From: Callorhinchus milii
Lineage: Eukaryota
Reading direction: 5' to 3'
Assembly (NCBI RefSeq): GCF_018977255.1
Contig: NW_024704743.1
Coordinates: 109,928,001 to 109,992,000, forward strand
Length of the DNA stretch: 64,000 nucleotides
Of this stretch, positions 11,770 through 24,729 are shown piece after piece. The notes under the pieces were generated by a model. The model was not told the origin of the DNA, searched no databases, and was given only the letters and a program-made list of their open reading frames with translations. The position numbers and the translations under genes are program-made. How positions within the stretch are numbered: the stretch's first letter is position 1; every line of letters starts with the position of its first letter.

Positions 11770-12520
11770 CATTTAATACATGGATGGGACTGAACTTACC
11801 AAGGGGGAAGCTGAAAGAAATCTAGGGGTGTTAGTTGACTCATTTCTCACTACGTTAAAACAGTGTGAGGCAGTGATAAACAAGGCTAACAGAATGCTGG
11901 GCTATGTTGCTAAATTAGTTGAGTTTAGATACCCAGATTTCAAACTCAGGCTATGTATTGCTGCAATCAGACTGCATCTAGAGTACTGTATACAACAACA
12001 ACTTGCATTTATATAGCGCCTTTCACACAGGATAGCGTCCCGTAGCACTTCTGGGATAAAGTTCTGGTCACTGCAAAATAAGGCTCTAAACGTAGTGCAG
12101 AGGAAAACAATGAGGATGATCCCCAGTGTTAGAGGAATGAGCTATGAGAAATTAATAAACAAGCTAGATCTCTTCACTTTTGACTATTCAGAGGGTACCT
12201 TACAGAGGTATAACATTTTAAAGGGGTTTGAGAAAGTAAACCCAGAGTCTACTTTAGACAATACTTTAGACAGTGCTGAGACAGTAGAACAAGAGGAAAT
12301 AGGTTTTAGAGTTGTAAAGGGCAATTTCAGGACAGAAACCAGAAAGTATTTCTTTACCCAGAGGTTGATCAATGACAGAAAACAGGTTTCCAGTAAGGGT
12401 GGCTGAGGCTCATTTAGCAAAGAGCTTGATGAGTGATGGGAGTATGTTAGGGAGGGTATTTTGAAACGATAAGATCGAACGGATCGAAGTGTCTGCTTAA
12501 TCTGAACTAATCTTGTGATT
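11770..12520 (+). mobile_element. CR1 LINE 3' fragment interrupted by an antisense L2-type tail (about 11993-12050)
   Basis: AERNLGVLVD...KANRMLGY...LHLEYCIQ, then QRKTMRMIP...RKYFFTQRLIN; ends AATCTTGTGAT. Confidence 0.88.
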
Positions 12521-13004
12521 AAGTGATATTAGCTGAATGTCTTTTGTTAAAATGTGTTCAATACCAATGACTGGGGAAAACAGCACACATTTTAAAAAAA
12601 GCAACTGAGAAGATGCACCTTATCACTTGTAAGATGTATACAGCAGTGAAGGGGATAATTACTTTTCTGAAGTTAAAGCAACGCTAAAAGGCCAAAATTG
12701 TAGCTTTCTGTATCGTGATGGTTTTTTTTTCTTTCGATAAGTATAAAGACAGATAAATATAGTACAGGATATAGTGGCAGTCAATTTTTTTTATTCTGGG
12801 CATATGATTCACAAAGGGGAAAATCAGAATAGGTCAATAGGCTTTCTTTGTAGTTTTATTTCTGTGATTGCATTTTTGATTTGTGTCCTAAAACTCTCTT
12901 TTGGTACAGCTTATGATGATTGATCTGGAGGTTATTGAGACTCACACTTGTTTTTTATAAGTTGACAGGTTTTACCTATCAAGTATTTAATTACCTTTTG
13001 AGTC

Positions 13005-13220
13005 TATTTCCCACTCGGCTCCTGTTAACCCCACAAGCCAGAGCTTTAACAGGCTGGATGGTCCGAGCTGGATGAAGAGTTGGAAGCTTGCTAGATACTG
13101 CTCTCAATGCAGTTTTAGCTATTTAAGCTCCAGCAGTTACCCCTATCATGCATCTTGAGGTCCCCTAGCCTTTGACTCTTGCCAACCTGTGCCTAATATT
13201 TTCCAAAATTAGATAAACAT
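13005..13220 (-). repeat. Copy of the unclassified dispersed repeat (family X)
   Basis: CTGTTAACCC, GAAGCTTGCTAGATACTGCTCTCAATG and TTTTAGCT...CTCTTGCCAAC match the copies at 26150-26465 and 28410-28785. Confidence 0.65.
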
Positions 13221-14996
13221 GGTGCATCCTTCCAATTGTGCTGGAGTTTTACCACCCAAAACCACATAGATTGCTATTGAAAACACTGTCTAGCAAGCTT
13301 CCTTATCATTAGTATTGGTTGGGACTGGGGTTAAAAATCATATATATTGGCTGAGAATGGGCTCAAGTGGTCATATATAGGTTGAGAATTGGATTAAACT
13401 TCATGGGGTTAAAGGCCATGGGTGTTGGTTGATAATTGTATGGTCATGGTGATCAATATAAATGAGAATGATGGATGAACATGCTAAAGGTAAGGTTGGA
13501 ATACTGGATTAATAATTGTTCAATAAGAAACAACTGAGTATTATAGATTACAAAATTGGACTGGTATCCTAGAGGGTTTTGTTTTTGCTCAATTATTTTT
13601 GTGGGTCAGGAAGAAAGTTGAGCATTTTCTTCTCTTGTGCCTGTAGTTTTGCATGTCCCTCAGGAGACAAAGTAAATTGTGAAGAGTTCACAAGACAGCA
13701 AGACAGCTCAATGCAAAATTGTTCATTTGTTGCACTGCTCAACAGGGACCGGACAAAAGTGTAAAATGGCAATTAGATCACTGATGAAAGACTAGATTAG
13801 GAGCGATAGTGGAACCCTTACCAAATCTTTCCTGATACAGTACACACTATTTTATCCAATTCTCAAACAATAATTTTATCCCTATTTATAACGAATACAT
13901 ACCACACACAGAATATCAATTCAAACATTAAAGAAAAAATTACATTTGATAGTGTCTTGTCACGTCAAAACATCACTGAAGCTTTCAAGTAAATAGCAAC
14001 AACAAATGGCATTTATATGGTGTCTTTCATGTCAGGAGGACATCCAAGGCGTTGGACAGTGAAGGGTTTGCACCCGAACTGGGGTTAGAAGTACTACACT
14101 GGGAGGTTCAGCTTTGGCTATGAGCTCAATGTCCTGATGTTGAAGGTGGGGAAAGGGGATTTGAATCTACAACTTTCTGACTCAGAGACAAGAGTGCTAT
14201 CAAATGAGCCAGGCTGATGTCCTATTATTTCATGAATTGTCATAGATTTTATGAATCAAAGATATTGAAGAGTAAGTTCCAATTGCAATTTCAAGCAATA
14301 TTGAGGTCAAAACCATGTGTGTCTATAAAAGGTTTTACCAGTTCAGTGATCATTTAAGTTCAGTGCACTGCCCTGCAGGACTGGGAGAGTGCTGCATTGT
14401 GAACCAAAGTCTGAGATAGATATTTGATGAATAAATTGATAGGGTCTAAAGGAGACAGAGATGGATTGATTTTTTTAACTTTTTTTTATGGTCTTTTCGA
14501 TCTGATACATTCCTCTGTCCCAGGTACAGCATGAAGGTATAGCAAGTTATGGGTAAACAGTTCTGTTTGTTCAATTTTTGTTGTGGATGCTTTTAATAAA
14601 GCCATTTAATTGGTGTTACCAGCATGAAGAATATTCTGGTATTCTGGGAGAGTGCTGCGTTGGAAATCTAGAGAAAACTATAGTGAGTGTAACCTGGGTC
14701 TGTATAGAATGTGGGTATTGTGTGGACCAGAGGTGAGGTACACTTCTAGCTTCCAGAAATACAGCGTAGAAGGTTTGTGTACCTTTTGATGGTTTCCTGA
14801 CACAAGATAGTAGTCACCACTGACCAGCCAGCTTTCTTGCCGCATAGCTTGCTGGCGTTTATCATGACAAACTGACTGGTGGAGAGGGGGAACCCCACTA
14901 AAAGGTATACCATTATATAACTCTCACTGACCTCCATAAAAGCTATTTGAAGAAGGAAATGCATTCAAAAGCTTCAGTGAAAGTATAGGAGGTGTG

Positions 14997-15320
14997 ATTA
15001 TAATAATAATAATAATAATCCTTGCATTTGTTATAGTGCTTTTCACATCTTCTAGACTTCCCAAAGTGCTTCACAGAATACACTGTAAAGTGAATTGACT
15101 GTATGTTTGTGGGCGAACGCGGCAGCCAATTGCGCACAGCAGTGTCCCACAAACAATCGTAGATTGAATATGACCAATTTATTATTGTTTTGGGTTTTGG
15201 AGGGATTATTATTAGGCGTGTGGAGTAAGGAAACTTGCCCAAGGTTTCGCCCTGCCTGGAATTGAACTCAGGTCTCTCGCTTGCAAGGCGAGTGCTCTAA
15301 CCGCTGAGCTACAGGACTCC
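14997..15320 (-). mobile_element. tRNA-Ala-headed SINE, short subfamily
   Basis: Reverse complement is nearly identical to 11094-11410; both give the pseudo-ORF GKFPYSTRLIIIPPKPKTIINWS. Confidence 0.92.
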
Positions 15321-15337
15321 ATTCCATTATAGACTGC

Positions 15338-15460
15338 ATCAGGCTGACTCAGTTGGTAACACTCTCGCTTCTGAGTCAGAAGGTTGTGGGTTCAAACTTC
15401 ATGTTGGGACGTTTGGAGGTGCTGTCCTTCAGATGTGACATTTAACTGAGGACCCACCCA
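15338..15460 (+). mobile_element. Deu-SINE head
   Basis: TCAGGCTGACTCAGTTGGTAACACTCTCGCTTCTGAGTCAGAAGGTTGTGGGTTCAAA. Confidence 0.75.
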
Positions 15461-17664
15461 TCATTGCCAAATTTTAATGGCTTTAGTGCCAAAGATTATA
15501 TAGTTTCAGAGTTTTATCTTGGTACTTAAATTCCTTCCTACTCCCTACAAGATTCTGCAGCTCTGTTATTATCCTTGCGTTTAATATAGAGCTTTATCAG
15601 GTGATTGAATTGTCTCAAATTCTTAAATTCAGTCAGTTTTCTGACTTAATATTAACTTTTGTATTTAAGGTAGTGCCTATATTGTCGGGAATGCCTCAAC
15701 CACTTCTGTAAAGTGTAGTGATTGTGAAAGCAGCAGCCGAATTACCCACAAGCAATGTTCCACAAACAGCCATGAAGCTCCACACAGTTAGTCATGCTTA
15801 AAAATGTGTTGTGAGCCCCAGCTCTTACTCACCGCACAGGACCATAGGGCTTGCCAGACAGAAGAAGGTTTTAATCCATCAGTTGAAGCTGGATGGATGA
15901 CCACACAGATCTGAGAGGTGAAAGTTGACATACAGGAGGCTTTCAGTCCATCAGTAATGGCTGCATTCCAATTCCAGTCTCCATGGTGCTGACCCACTGC
16001 GCTCCTCAGGCAGTATATCCTCAGATATAACAGCATTCATCCTGCTCACATTTCAGCTCTCAAAAGTAGTGCAGTGAGACTCAAAGTACTTGTGGAAAAG
16101 AAATATTTGATGCAATGTCCTTCACCCTGTCAGATCTGGGTAAGAGTCTGTTTCTCCATCTGTTTGGCTGGAGCAAACTAAACTCAATTCCCGTGGGCAT
16201 GAATCGCAATGCTTTAGTGGCATTACATCTTCAAGCCTTAGTACATCAGTTGCAAGCACAGTACCTCACTGTACACCATAAAGTCAACTGTCGATAAATT
16301 GAAGGAAAATTCACTTTCCTACAGCTTTTTGTGGAATGACAAGGTCGGTTGTTCTAATTGTAGGAGAGGGTGCTCTCGTGGATTAGAACCATGACTCTGG
16401 GAATTGGGCTTAGGCCAAACGGATGGGGCTGAGATGTCTAAGTGACATTAATGTGAGGACTTTCAACTCCATTTTTAGTGGATGCTCCTCCCATAATGTA
16501 AAATACACCCACTGTAAAGTCATGAAATCATACAGAGCAAAATGCCTACAATTCAATATTAGAACAGGAGAAATTAGAAACTACAGCACTGAAGGAGGCC
16601 ATTTGGCCCATTAATTTAATGTAGCACCTTTCATGTAGGATGGACATCTTGAAATGTTTCACAAAGATTTTTTTTCATTTGGGTCGTCACTGTGTTTGAC
16701 ACACAAAACTCCATCACCATGATTTAAAGAGAATCCAAACCACTGAACCATTGAAACTTGCGCAGATGTGTGGAAATTTCCATTTGTTTAAAATAGAGAG
16801 TGCACTCTCTCCACCATCATGGTGGGACACATTCTATTCATTTCACTCCAATATACTAAAGAAAATGAATCACTACATTCAGTTAGTTTTTCAAATTAAT
16901 AATAATCAGAAGACCTTTGAGACATTGCCAACTTTACAGTCGCTGCCTCATTTGCATTGATTATTAACATTATTAACAAACAAGTTTAAGAATTTTGCCA
17001 ATATTTTGCATAATCTTAACTTTTAAGGCAATCATCTTAAGGCTAAGACAGTGAGGGCCTCAGAGACTTGTGAAATAGCTGAGGTGGACATGACATGTGT
17101 ACAGATTGGAGAGACGCATGGGAGACACAAACTTACTGGTTATTTCCTTTGCAAATTAGAAGCAGACTGGCTGTGTTGTTTATTTTATGAGCACTGTCAT
17201 CAAAAATCCTATTGTGGTTGCAAAAGTACATTGGATAAAGCACAAACACATATTTGAGTACCTCAAATGAGAACACTTGGGTGTTGCAGCCGAAGAACCT
17301 GTGCAATCCAATTATTTTAGTCACCGCTGTTAAGCGAGGTTTGATGATATATTATCCAAACTAAAAGCTGCAGGATGCTACCACTTTCATTGCTTTATCC
17401 TTCAAACGCCTGTGAAATTAAGAAGCACCCCGGAAAGAAATTAGCAGACGATTTTTAGGGGGAATTGTTTTAAAGAATTCAGATTGTAAATATGAGTCTT
17501 TCTTTTCAGAGGATTGCAAAGGAGTTTTTCTTTCTTTGGAAGAAGGCACTTCAGCCTATTTGATCCCATCCTTCCAGAATACCCACCCTACCATCCTCCC
17601 TTTATAGTCACAAGCTGTTTTGCAAATACGTCCAGCATTCTGGCTTACAGTACCAAATGTAGAT

Positions 17665-17973
17665 TGGCAAAACAATGGGCAAGTTTCCTTACTCCATACG
17701 CTTCTGTTTACCTAGCAGTAAGTAGGAACCCGGTTGTTAGTCGATTGTCGGATCATTTTTTCGGAGGTAATAATTCCTTAAAAGAAAAGTAATAAATTGG
17801 TCACTCGATCCACGACTATTTGAGGGATACTGCAGTGCGCAATGGGTTGCCGCATTTCACCCACAAAAGTCAATTCACTTTACAATATATTCTGTGAAGC
17901 GCTTTGAGATGTCTCGAAGACGTGATAAGGCGCTATATGAAATGCAAGGATTATTATGATTATTATTATTATT
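17665..17973 (+). mobile_element. tRNA-Ala SINE, long subfamily, 5' truncated
   Basis: GGGCAAGTTTCCTTACTCC...GTAAGTAGGAACCCGGTTG...AAATGCAAGGATTATT. Confidence 0.85.
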
Positions 17974-17979
17974 ACACTG

Positions 17980-18215
17980 TATTGGTTCCACTAGGAAGTT
18001 AGCACTCTCACTTCTCAATGAGAAGGGTTCAAACTCCTCAATCAGTACATTGAGCTCGTAGTCTAGGCTGACACTCCAATGCAGTACTGAGTGGAGCAAT
18101 GCATTGCTGGAAACACCATCCTTCAGATGAGATACTGAATATGGTTTCTGTCTGCTTCTTAAGACAGATGTCAAAGAAGCCGTGGCACAATTCGTAAAGA
18201 GATTGAACAAGAGGG
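17980..18215 (+). mobile_element. Deu-SINE 5' half
   Basis: GCTGACACTCCAATGCAGTACTGAGTGGAGCAATGCATTG...CTTCAGATGAGA. Confidence 0.7.
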
Positions 18216-18792
18216 AGAAATTTTAAGGTGAATTTTAAGTTGTTTTTCTCAAAGCAGGAAAAGGGATAGCGAAGTACAGAATTTTTGGAAGAGGGTATGT
18301 TGCACTCAAACACAATATGGAGCACCAATAATTTCACCGCATATTTTGAAAGCAAATCATATGATCGATTGAGGAAATAGACAGATTCAAAGTTGGAAGT
18401 TTTCATGGTTCAGACAGCAGTGGGTTAAGCAAATATCTGCAGTTTCTCTCAGGCAACTGCTCTGGTAAATTGTTCACAAGGACACTCTGAAGTGGCTTTA
18501 CAGCAGTCATAAACTCAAGGTCCTTGGGAGAGAATCAGAAAATATATTTTAAAAATTATTTGTGGTCAAGTCAATTTCCAGCGGACATATTTGCAATTAC
18601 CTCTAATCGGACACAAAGGGGTCACTTAGCTTACTCAGTCCATTCTTTGGCTGACATTGATAATGGTGTAAGAAAAAGATTGAAACTGGATTGTAAAGAA
18701 CTTGCTGGGGACATGGAGAGGTGCATCTGTCCATGTCTAGTTTGTGCAATAAGTATCTAACTTTAGAATTAAAAAGATAAGTCTCATATATA

Positions 18793-19222
18793 GGTGTCAG
18801 CCTAGTCACGTTGGAAGCACTCCCACCTCTGAATCAGAAGGTGGTGGGTTCAATTCCCACATTGGGGGGCTTTGAACTCTCAGTTCAGGCTGACAGCTAT
18901 TCAGTAGTGGAGGAGTGCTACATTGTTGGAAGTACCATTCTTCAGATGAGACCTTAAAACAATCTACCTATTCAGGTGGACATTAAAGATCCCATGGCAC
19001 TATTCAAAAAGAGAAAGGAGTTTCTCCAAGTGTCCTAGCCGACGATACCTCAGTTAAAATTAATAATTCAATTCAGTTCATTACTGTTTCTGGGACCTTC
19101 CTGTGGTGAACTTGGCTGCCATTTACCCCTACAAAAATAAGCAGTCACTGCACTCTACATTAAATCCTTTGAGGCTGCTTCCCTATGTGAAAGATACAAT
19201 ATCAAATGCAGGCTTATTACTA
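18793..19222 (+). mobile_element. Deu-SINE, full length
   Basis: GGTGTCAGCC head, GATCCCATGGCACTATTC core, ATCAAATGCAGG tail. Confidence 0.85.
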
Positions 19223-20217
19223 TTGCATATATATTTATATATCCATTATTGTTTTACTTATGGTGGAAGAAGGGATATTTTTTCATGCAGGGGTTCAATG
19301 TTAGTTTTGCTGGGAATGGACGTACAATACCTGTCTGGCTTGTGCTTATACCTGGTACCTGATACTTTGAAGAGGAAGCCAAAAGGTATGCATGTAACAT
19401 GTTACATTTTCCGGACAGTCTATGCAGCCTTCTTTCTATGAACCCTTTTCATAGTTCAGTAAAGAAAGGGTGAGTGAGGGGATAAGCAGGTGAGAGGCAC
19501 TGCTTCCTAGCAACAGCCTTTGAAGAGAAGCGTGGCACAGCTTGCAACACAACATATTATAGCCTAGGAATTACCACTGCTTTGTTTTTCTCTCCATATC
19601 ATTGCTAGCTTAGCTTAATATTATTCCAATGGTTTTCATTTCTTACACCTCCTTCTTTTGAGATGGTGACTCACTCCTGAATGCATATCTCACAGTCCTT
19701 CCTGGAAGCATCTATTCTGCACTCAAGAGCTTGAAGCAGAACAGGTTGGACATCATAACAATCGAACACTAACTCCTCTATGTTATATGCCTTCAGATCA
19801 TCATGCAACTTTTCAATGGAAGCTCCATTTAGGTACTTCCAACCAAGTAGATTATCTTCTCTCTCCCTCCCTTGCACTCTCCCTCCCTCTCTCTCTCTCC
19901 ATCCCTCTCTCCTTCCTTCATCTCTCTCTCCGCTCCCACACACACAAGTTAGTGGCAATGGAGACTCCCTATCTGCAGGGCACAGGCACACTAGCAGCGT
20001 TATTCGAGACAGAAGTTGAGAGGAGATGGTTCAGAGACTGGATACATCTAGCTGAGGCCAAGAGAGAGAGCAAGAGCGAGAGAGAGATTCGGGCATCACT
20101 TACGTTAGGTGTGGAAATGCTCATAGCAGAGTTAGTAGATATGTAAGTTCATCCTTCACTCAGATGTAACTGTGTCTGAAAGCAGACTGCTCTTTCTCTC
20201 TTTCTTTCTCTCTATAG

Positions 20218-20596
20218 CGGAATCCCATAGCATAGAGGTTAGCACACTCGTCTCATAAGCAAGCGAGAGGACCTGGGTTTGGTTCTCGGGCAGGGCAAAA
20301 ACCTAGGCAAGTTTCCTTACTCTACATACACACCTCTGTTGACCTATCAGTAAGTAGGAACCTGGTGATTAGTCAGTCAATTGGCAGATCGCTTTCTGGG
20401 GGATAATCCCTCCCAAACAATAATAATAATTTGGTCACTCAATCCATGACTGTTTGTGGGACACTGCTGTGCACAATTGGCTGCTGCATTTTGCCCACAA
20501 AATACAGTCACACCACTCTACAGGGTATCCTGTGAAGCACTTTGAGATGTCTTGCCAATGTGATAAGGCGCTATATAAAATGCAAGGATTATTATT
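20218..20596 (+). mobile_element. tRNA-Ala SINE, long subfamily
   Basis: Degenerate head GGAATCCCATAGCATAGAGGTTAGC, middle segment and AAATGCAAGGATTATT tail. Confidence 0.85.
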
Positions 20597-20862
20597 AGAT
20601 AATCTTCCTTCCTCCCCCTTCCCAATAATTTAAACAAAAGTATTTTAAAAAAACTGATTATATTGAAACTGCCACTGATTTGGTCCGTCCGGTCTGCATA
20701 TGACTCCAGTTCCTTCTCCGCACCCCGCACATACACATACCATCACACTAGGTACACCCGATATTGTCACTCAGTCAGGGCAACCAGAGACAGGCAATAA
20801 AAGCCAACCAACATCGTCCACATCTTGAATCTCAGAAAACTCAATGCACATAATGTATGCTC

Positions 20863-20903
20863 CCCTCTGTCTCTCTCCCTCTTTCTTTCATTTTCTCTCT
20901 CTT

Positions 20904-20944
<41 letters not shown>

Positions 20945-21023
20945 CACTCTCTTTCCTCTTTTCTCTTTCTTTCTCATCTCACTCTCTTGCGTGCTCTCTC
21001 TCTCTCTCTCCCTCTCTCTCTCT
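20863..21023. repeat. (CT)n / pyrimidine-rich microsatellite
   Basis: Visible directly in the sequence. Confidence 0.9.
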
Positions 21024-21129
21024 AAACACAGCGAGTCCGTGTTTACCTCAGATTTCTCCGTTTTTTTTGTTTGATTAAGTGGAGTATTTCACACGGAATA
21101 TTCCCAGGACCTTTTTCAAAATCTAAATA

Positions 21130-21300
21130 AAATATAGAACATGATCTACTTTATCTCCTAGCACCTTCAAAGAGAAGCCAAGAGGGTTTGTCAACGATGA
21201 TCTTCCTATTCTAAATGCTTGCTGGCTGTTTCTTATTAAGTTATTACTGTATAGGTGCACTTTCAGGCTGCCCTTCAGAATGGTTTCCATTATTGTGTTA
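21130..21300 (-). mobile_element. CR1 RT fragment
   Basis: IMETILKGSLKVHLYSNNLIRNSQQAFRIGRSSLTN, a degenerate SQHGF..RSCLTNL motif. Confidence 0.7.
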
Positions 21301-21450
21301 TACATGTCATTAGGGATAGGCCGTGCTGTTTTCGAGGTGACTAGCTTGGCAATGCAGTCATGCAAATGAGTCAAGCCTCTGTGGTGATCTTGATATTCCT
21401 GGTACTGAGCCAGTACTCTAAGGCATAGCCTATGATAGGCCAGCCAGAGT

Positions 21451-22710
21451 AACAACAACAACAACAAAATTTCTAAAGTGCCTTTCACATCGGGAGGACA
21501 TCCCAAGGTGCTGAACAGTCAGGGATCAGAACCCGAGCGTGGGAGGGCAGGGTTGGGATGAGGGAGGGCAGAGGGGTTTGGAGGGCGGCTGAAGGCACAG
21601 TCAAAAAGGAGGATGTTGCGTGGTGCCTTGATGGAGACAAGAGAGGGAGCAAGGCAAAGGGACTGTGGGATGGAGTTCCAAAGAATGGGGGCAGAGAGGC
21701 TGAAAGCCCAGCCGACGATGGTAGGGTAGGTCGGACGGGAGACATGGAGCAGACCGGAGCCTGCTGAGCAGAGGGAGCAGACGGGTTGATAGGGGGTCAG
21801 CAGGTCAGAGATGTAGGGGGTGGCAAGGCCGTGAAGGGCCTTGAAAGTGAGGACAAGAATTTTGAATTCTATCATCTGAGGGATGGGGAGCCAGTGGAGT
21901 CGGCTGAGGGTGGGAGTGATGGTGTTATGGAGCCTGGTGAGGGAGAGGACACAAGCTGCAGAGTTCTGGATGACCTGCAGCTTATGGAGGGAAGAGTTGG
22001 GGAGGCCAACAAGGAGGGAGTTTCTGTAGTCGAGCATTGGGATGACAAATGCGTGTATAAAGGTTTCCGGGGGGTGAGGAAATGGCGTGTATAAAGGTTT
22101 CCGAGGGGTGAGGAAATGGCGGAGTAGGGCAATGTTGTGGAGGTGGGGGAAGGCAGAACGGTTCATGGCACAGATATGGGACATGGAAAGGACAGTTGAG
22201 GATTGAACAAGATGCCCAGGTTCCTGACTGGCATGGTGAGGTGGAGTGTGCAACCATAAATGCTGATGCTGCAGGTGCCTGAGGTGTTGAGGCACTCGCG
22301 CAAGCCAATCAGGAGGCCTTAGTCTTGCTGACATTCAGCTGTAGAAAGTTGGCTTTCATCCAGGACTTGATGTCAGACTGACAGTCTACCAGTATGTCGG
22401 TTGTCCTGGAATCGAGGGTGGAAGAAGAGAGATAGAGTTGGGTGTCATCCGCGTACATGTAGAAGTTGACCCCATGTCTGCAAGTTATGTCACCAAGGGG
22501 GAACATGTAGAAGTTCAAGAGGAGGGGGCCGAGGACAGAGCCCTGAGGAACACCACATGAATCTGTTTGGGGGCTGGAAGAGAAACCGTTGGCAGAGACA
22601 AATTGGAGGTGGTGTGAGAGATAAGACCTAAACTATTCAAGGGCAGAACCTTGAGAGAAGAGGCAGTGGAGGAGAATGGAGTGGCCCACTGTATTGAAGA
22701 CGAGCTTGTC
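21451..22710 (-). mobile_element. L2 LINE, 3' 1.26 kb including the RT core, inserted into a family X repeat
   Basis: [17 protein letters not shown]...[14 protein letters not shown] and LDYRNSLLVGLP...HWLPIPQMIEFKIL; (CAA)n at 21451; internal 35-bp tandem duplication at 22051-22120. Confidence 0.95.
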
Positions 22711-23479
22711 AACAGGACTTGGAAGAGTTTCTGTTAACCCTGCAAGCAGAAGTCTTAACAGGTAGGATAGTCCTTGCTAGGCAAGCAGCGGAAATCTTTC
22801 AATAAGCTCCAATAAGCTGCACGGTTTTAGATGGTTAAAATACAGCAATTACACTCTGGAGGTTCCTAAGCCCTGATGCTTACAAAACTGCACCTAAAAC
22901 TCTGCAAGGTGCAAACTTTGCTGGGTGCATCTCTCTGGGGAAAAAATTCATGTTCTGTAGCAGACAATGGAAACCAAACATGAAATTTTGCAGAAACTTG
23001 AGCATGGTGATGGGTTTCCTTGTGTGTCAGATGTCATATCAAGTTTGATATGGACCCAGAAATAGCAAAATGATTAGCCTTTTGGGGGTGAATCTGGACG
23101 CAGAAGGAATAGAAGTCCGATTAATTGGAGGACAAAACTCCACATTGCTTTGAAATAGCATCAGAGAAAAGGTCACATTAATATTGCGAAAAAATTATTT
23201 GTTTCGTATTTCTCTAACTTCACGAACACTTTTATCCCATACAGCTCTCACATCCTCTTCACCCATTCCTTTAATATTCTAATCATGGAAGAAGTTATTA
23301 GATGCTATTTGCTCAGCATCATTGGCTCTACATCTCTTGGGCTCTGTGTCTAACATCCATTTTAATTTGATTTACAAAAATTCCTACAATTCCTCCCAGT
23401 GTTATTTCCTCCCTATTACCCCATGGCCCCCTTCACTTCAATTAGCAACTATTTTATTCATAATTTGAGGATTATTTAA

Positions 23480-23906
23480 TTCAAGAGTAAGAAGGATGAT
23501 CACTAGTGTTAAAGGAATGAGCTATGAGCAATGATTAGACAAGCTCTTCAGTTTTGAGAGAAGATTACTCAGAGGGACCTCATAAAGATGTATAATATTT
23601 TAAACGGGAATGAAAAATTAAACCCAGAACAATATTTTAGAATATAGATAATAAAACAAGAAGATATAGGTTTTGAATTATAATGGGCAACTTCAGGATG
23701 GACAACAGGAAGTTGTCTTTACTCAGAGGATAAATAATGAGTAGAACAGGTTGCCAGGAAAGACGGTTGATGCCAGGACACTGGATTCATTTAAAAAAGC
23801 AGCTTGATGTTGTAACAGGAAGATGGTAGCATTGGTCTTCTGGAAGGATGAGATCAGATGGGCTGAAGAGTCTTGTTAAATCCAAACCAGTCTTGTGATC
23901 TTGTGA
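23480..23906 (+). mobile_element. CR1 3' end, (TCTTGTGA)n-tailed family
   Basis: Similar to 12095-12520 (GGATGAT..CTAGTGTTAAAGGAATGAGCTATGAG); ends TCTTGTGATCTTGTGA. Confidence 0.8.
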
Positions 23907-24123
23907 CAACATTAATGGAGTCAATAATATGAAATTTCTTCAAAAGTACTTAAGAAGAAATGATCAGTGATCAAATTTCTACATCAAGTGAGTTGGAGAG
24001 TGCACGTCATCTGCACTGTGTATGTTTTTAGAGATTTGATCATTGGACATTCATCATTAAATGTCTCTACCAGGGCTCCACTCAACTTTCTCTGTTCCAA
24101 TGAAAATAAGCCTTTACTCTTTT

Positions 24124-24488
24124 AGCCTTGCCCCCTCCTACCTCTCTGACCTGCTGACTCCCTACGAGCCTGCCCGCTCCCTCCGTTTATCGGGCTCCGG
24201 CCTGCTCCATGTCTCCTGCCCGACCCGCCCTACCATCGGTGGCCAAGCTTTCAGCCTTTCTGCCCCCACACTCTGGAACTCCATCCCACGGTTCCTTCGC
24301 ATCGCTTCCTCCCTTGCCTCCTTCAAGATCGGTCTCAAGACCTTTCTCTTCGACCGTGCTTTTGCCTTCCCTCACCCCTACAACACCACCCCTTCCCCAT
24401 GCTCGGGCCCTGACACCTGACTGTTCAGCGCTTTGGGATATCCTCCCGACGTGAAAGGCGCTCTATAAATGTAATTTTGTTGTTGTTT
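24124..24488 (+). mobile_element. L2 3' end
   Basis: LAPSYLSDLLTPYEPARSLR...FKIGLKTFLFDRAF; (TTG)n tail. Confidence 0.92.
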
Positions 24489-24729
24489 TACTCTAGCTGG
24501 TCACTAATAGTACTCCATAGATAGCCACTGCTGTCAGTGATGAGGAACTCCCCAATAGGATCTCCGATTTATGCTAATACTCCCTAAGACATCCTGACAG
24601 AGTGTCTCCAACCAAAAACTGCAAGGCAACTGAGCCACCAGCCAGTGCACAACTGCTGTGCAAAGGGCAACCACCTCTTCGATCACAGGAGTGCCATACT
24701 CACATACAAATACAAGAGAAGCTTTAGAT

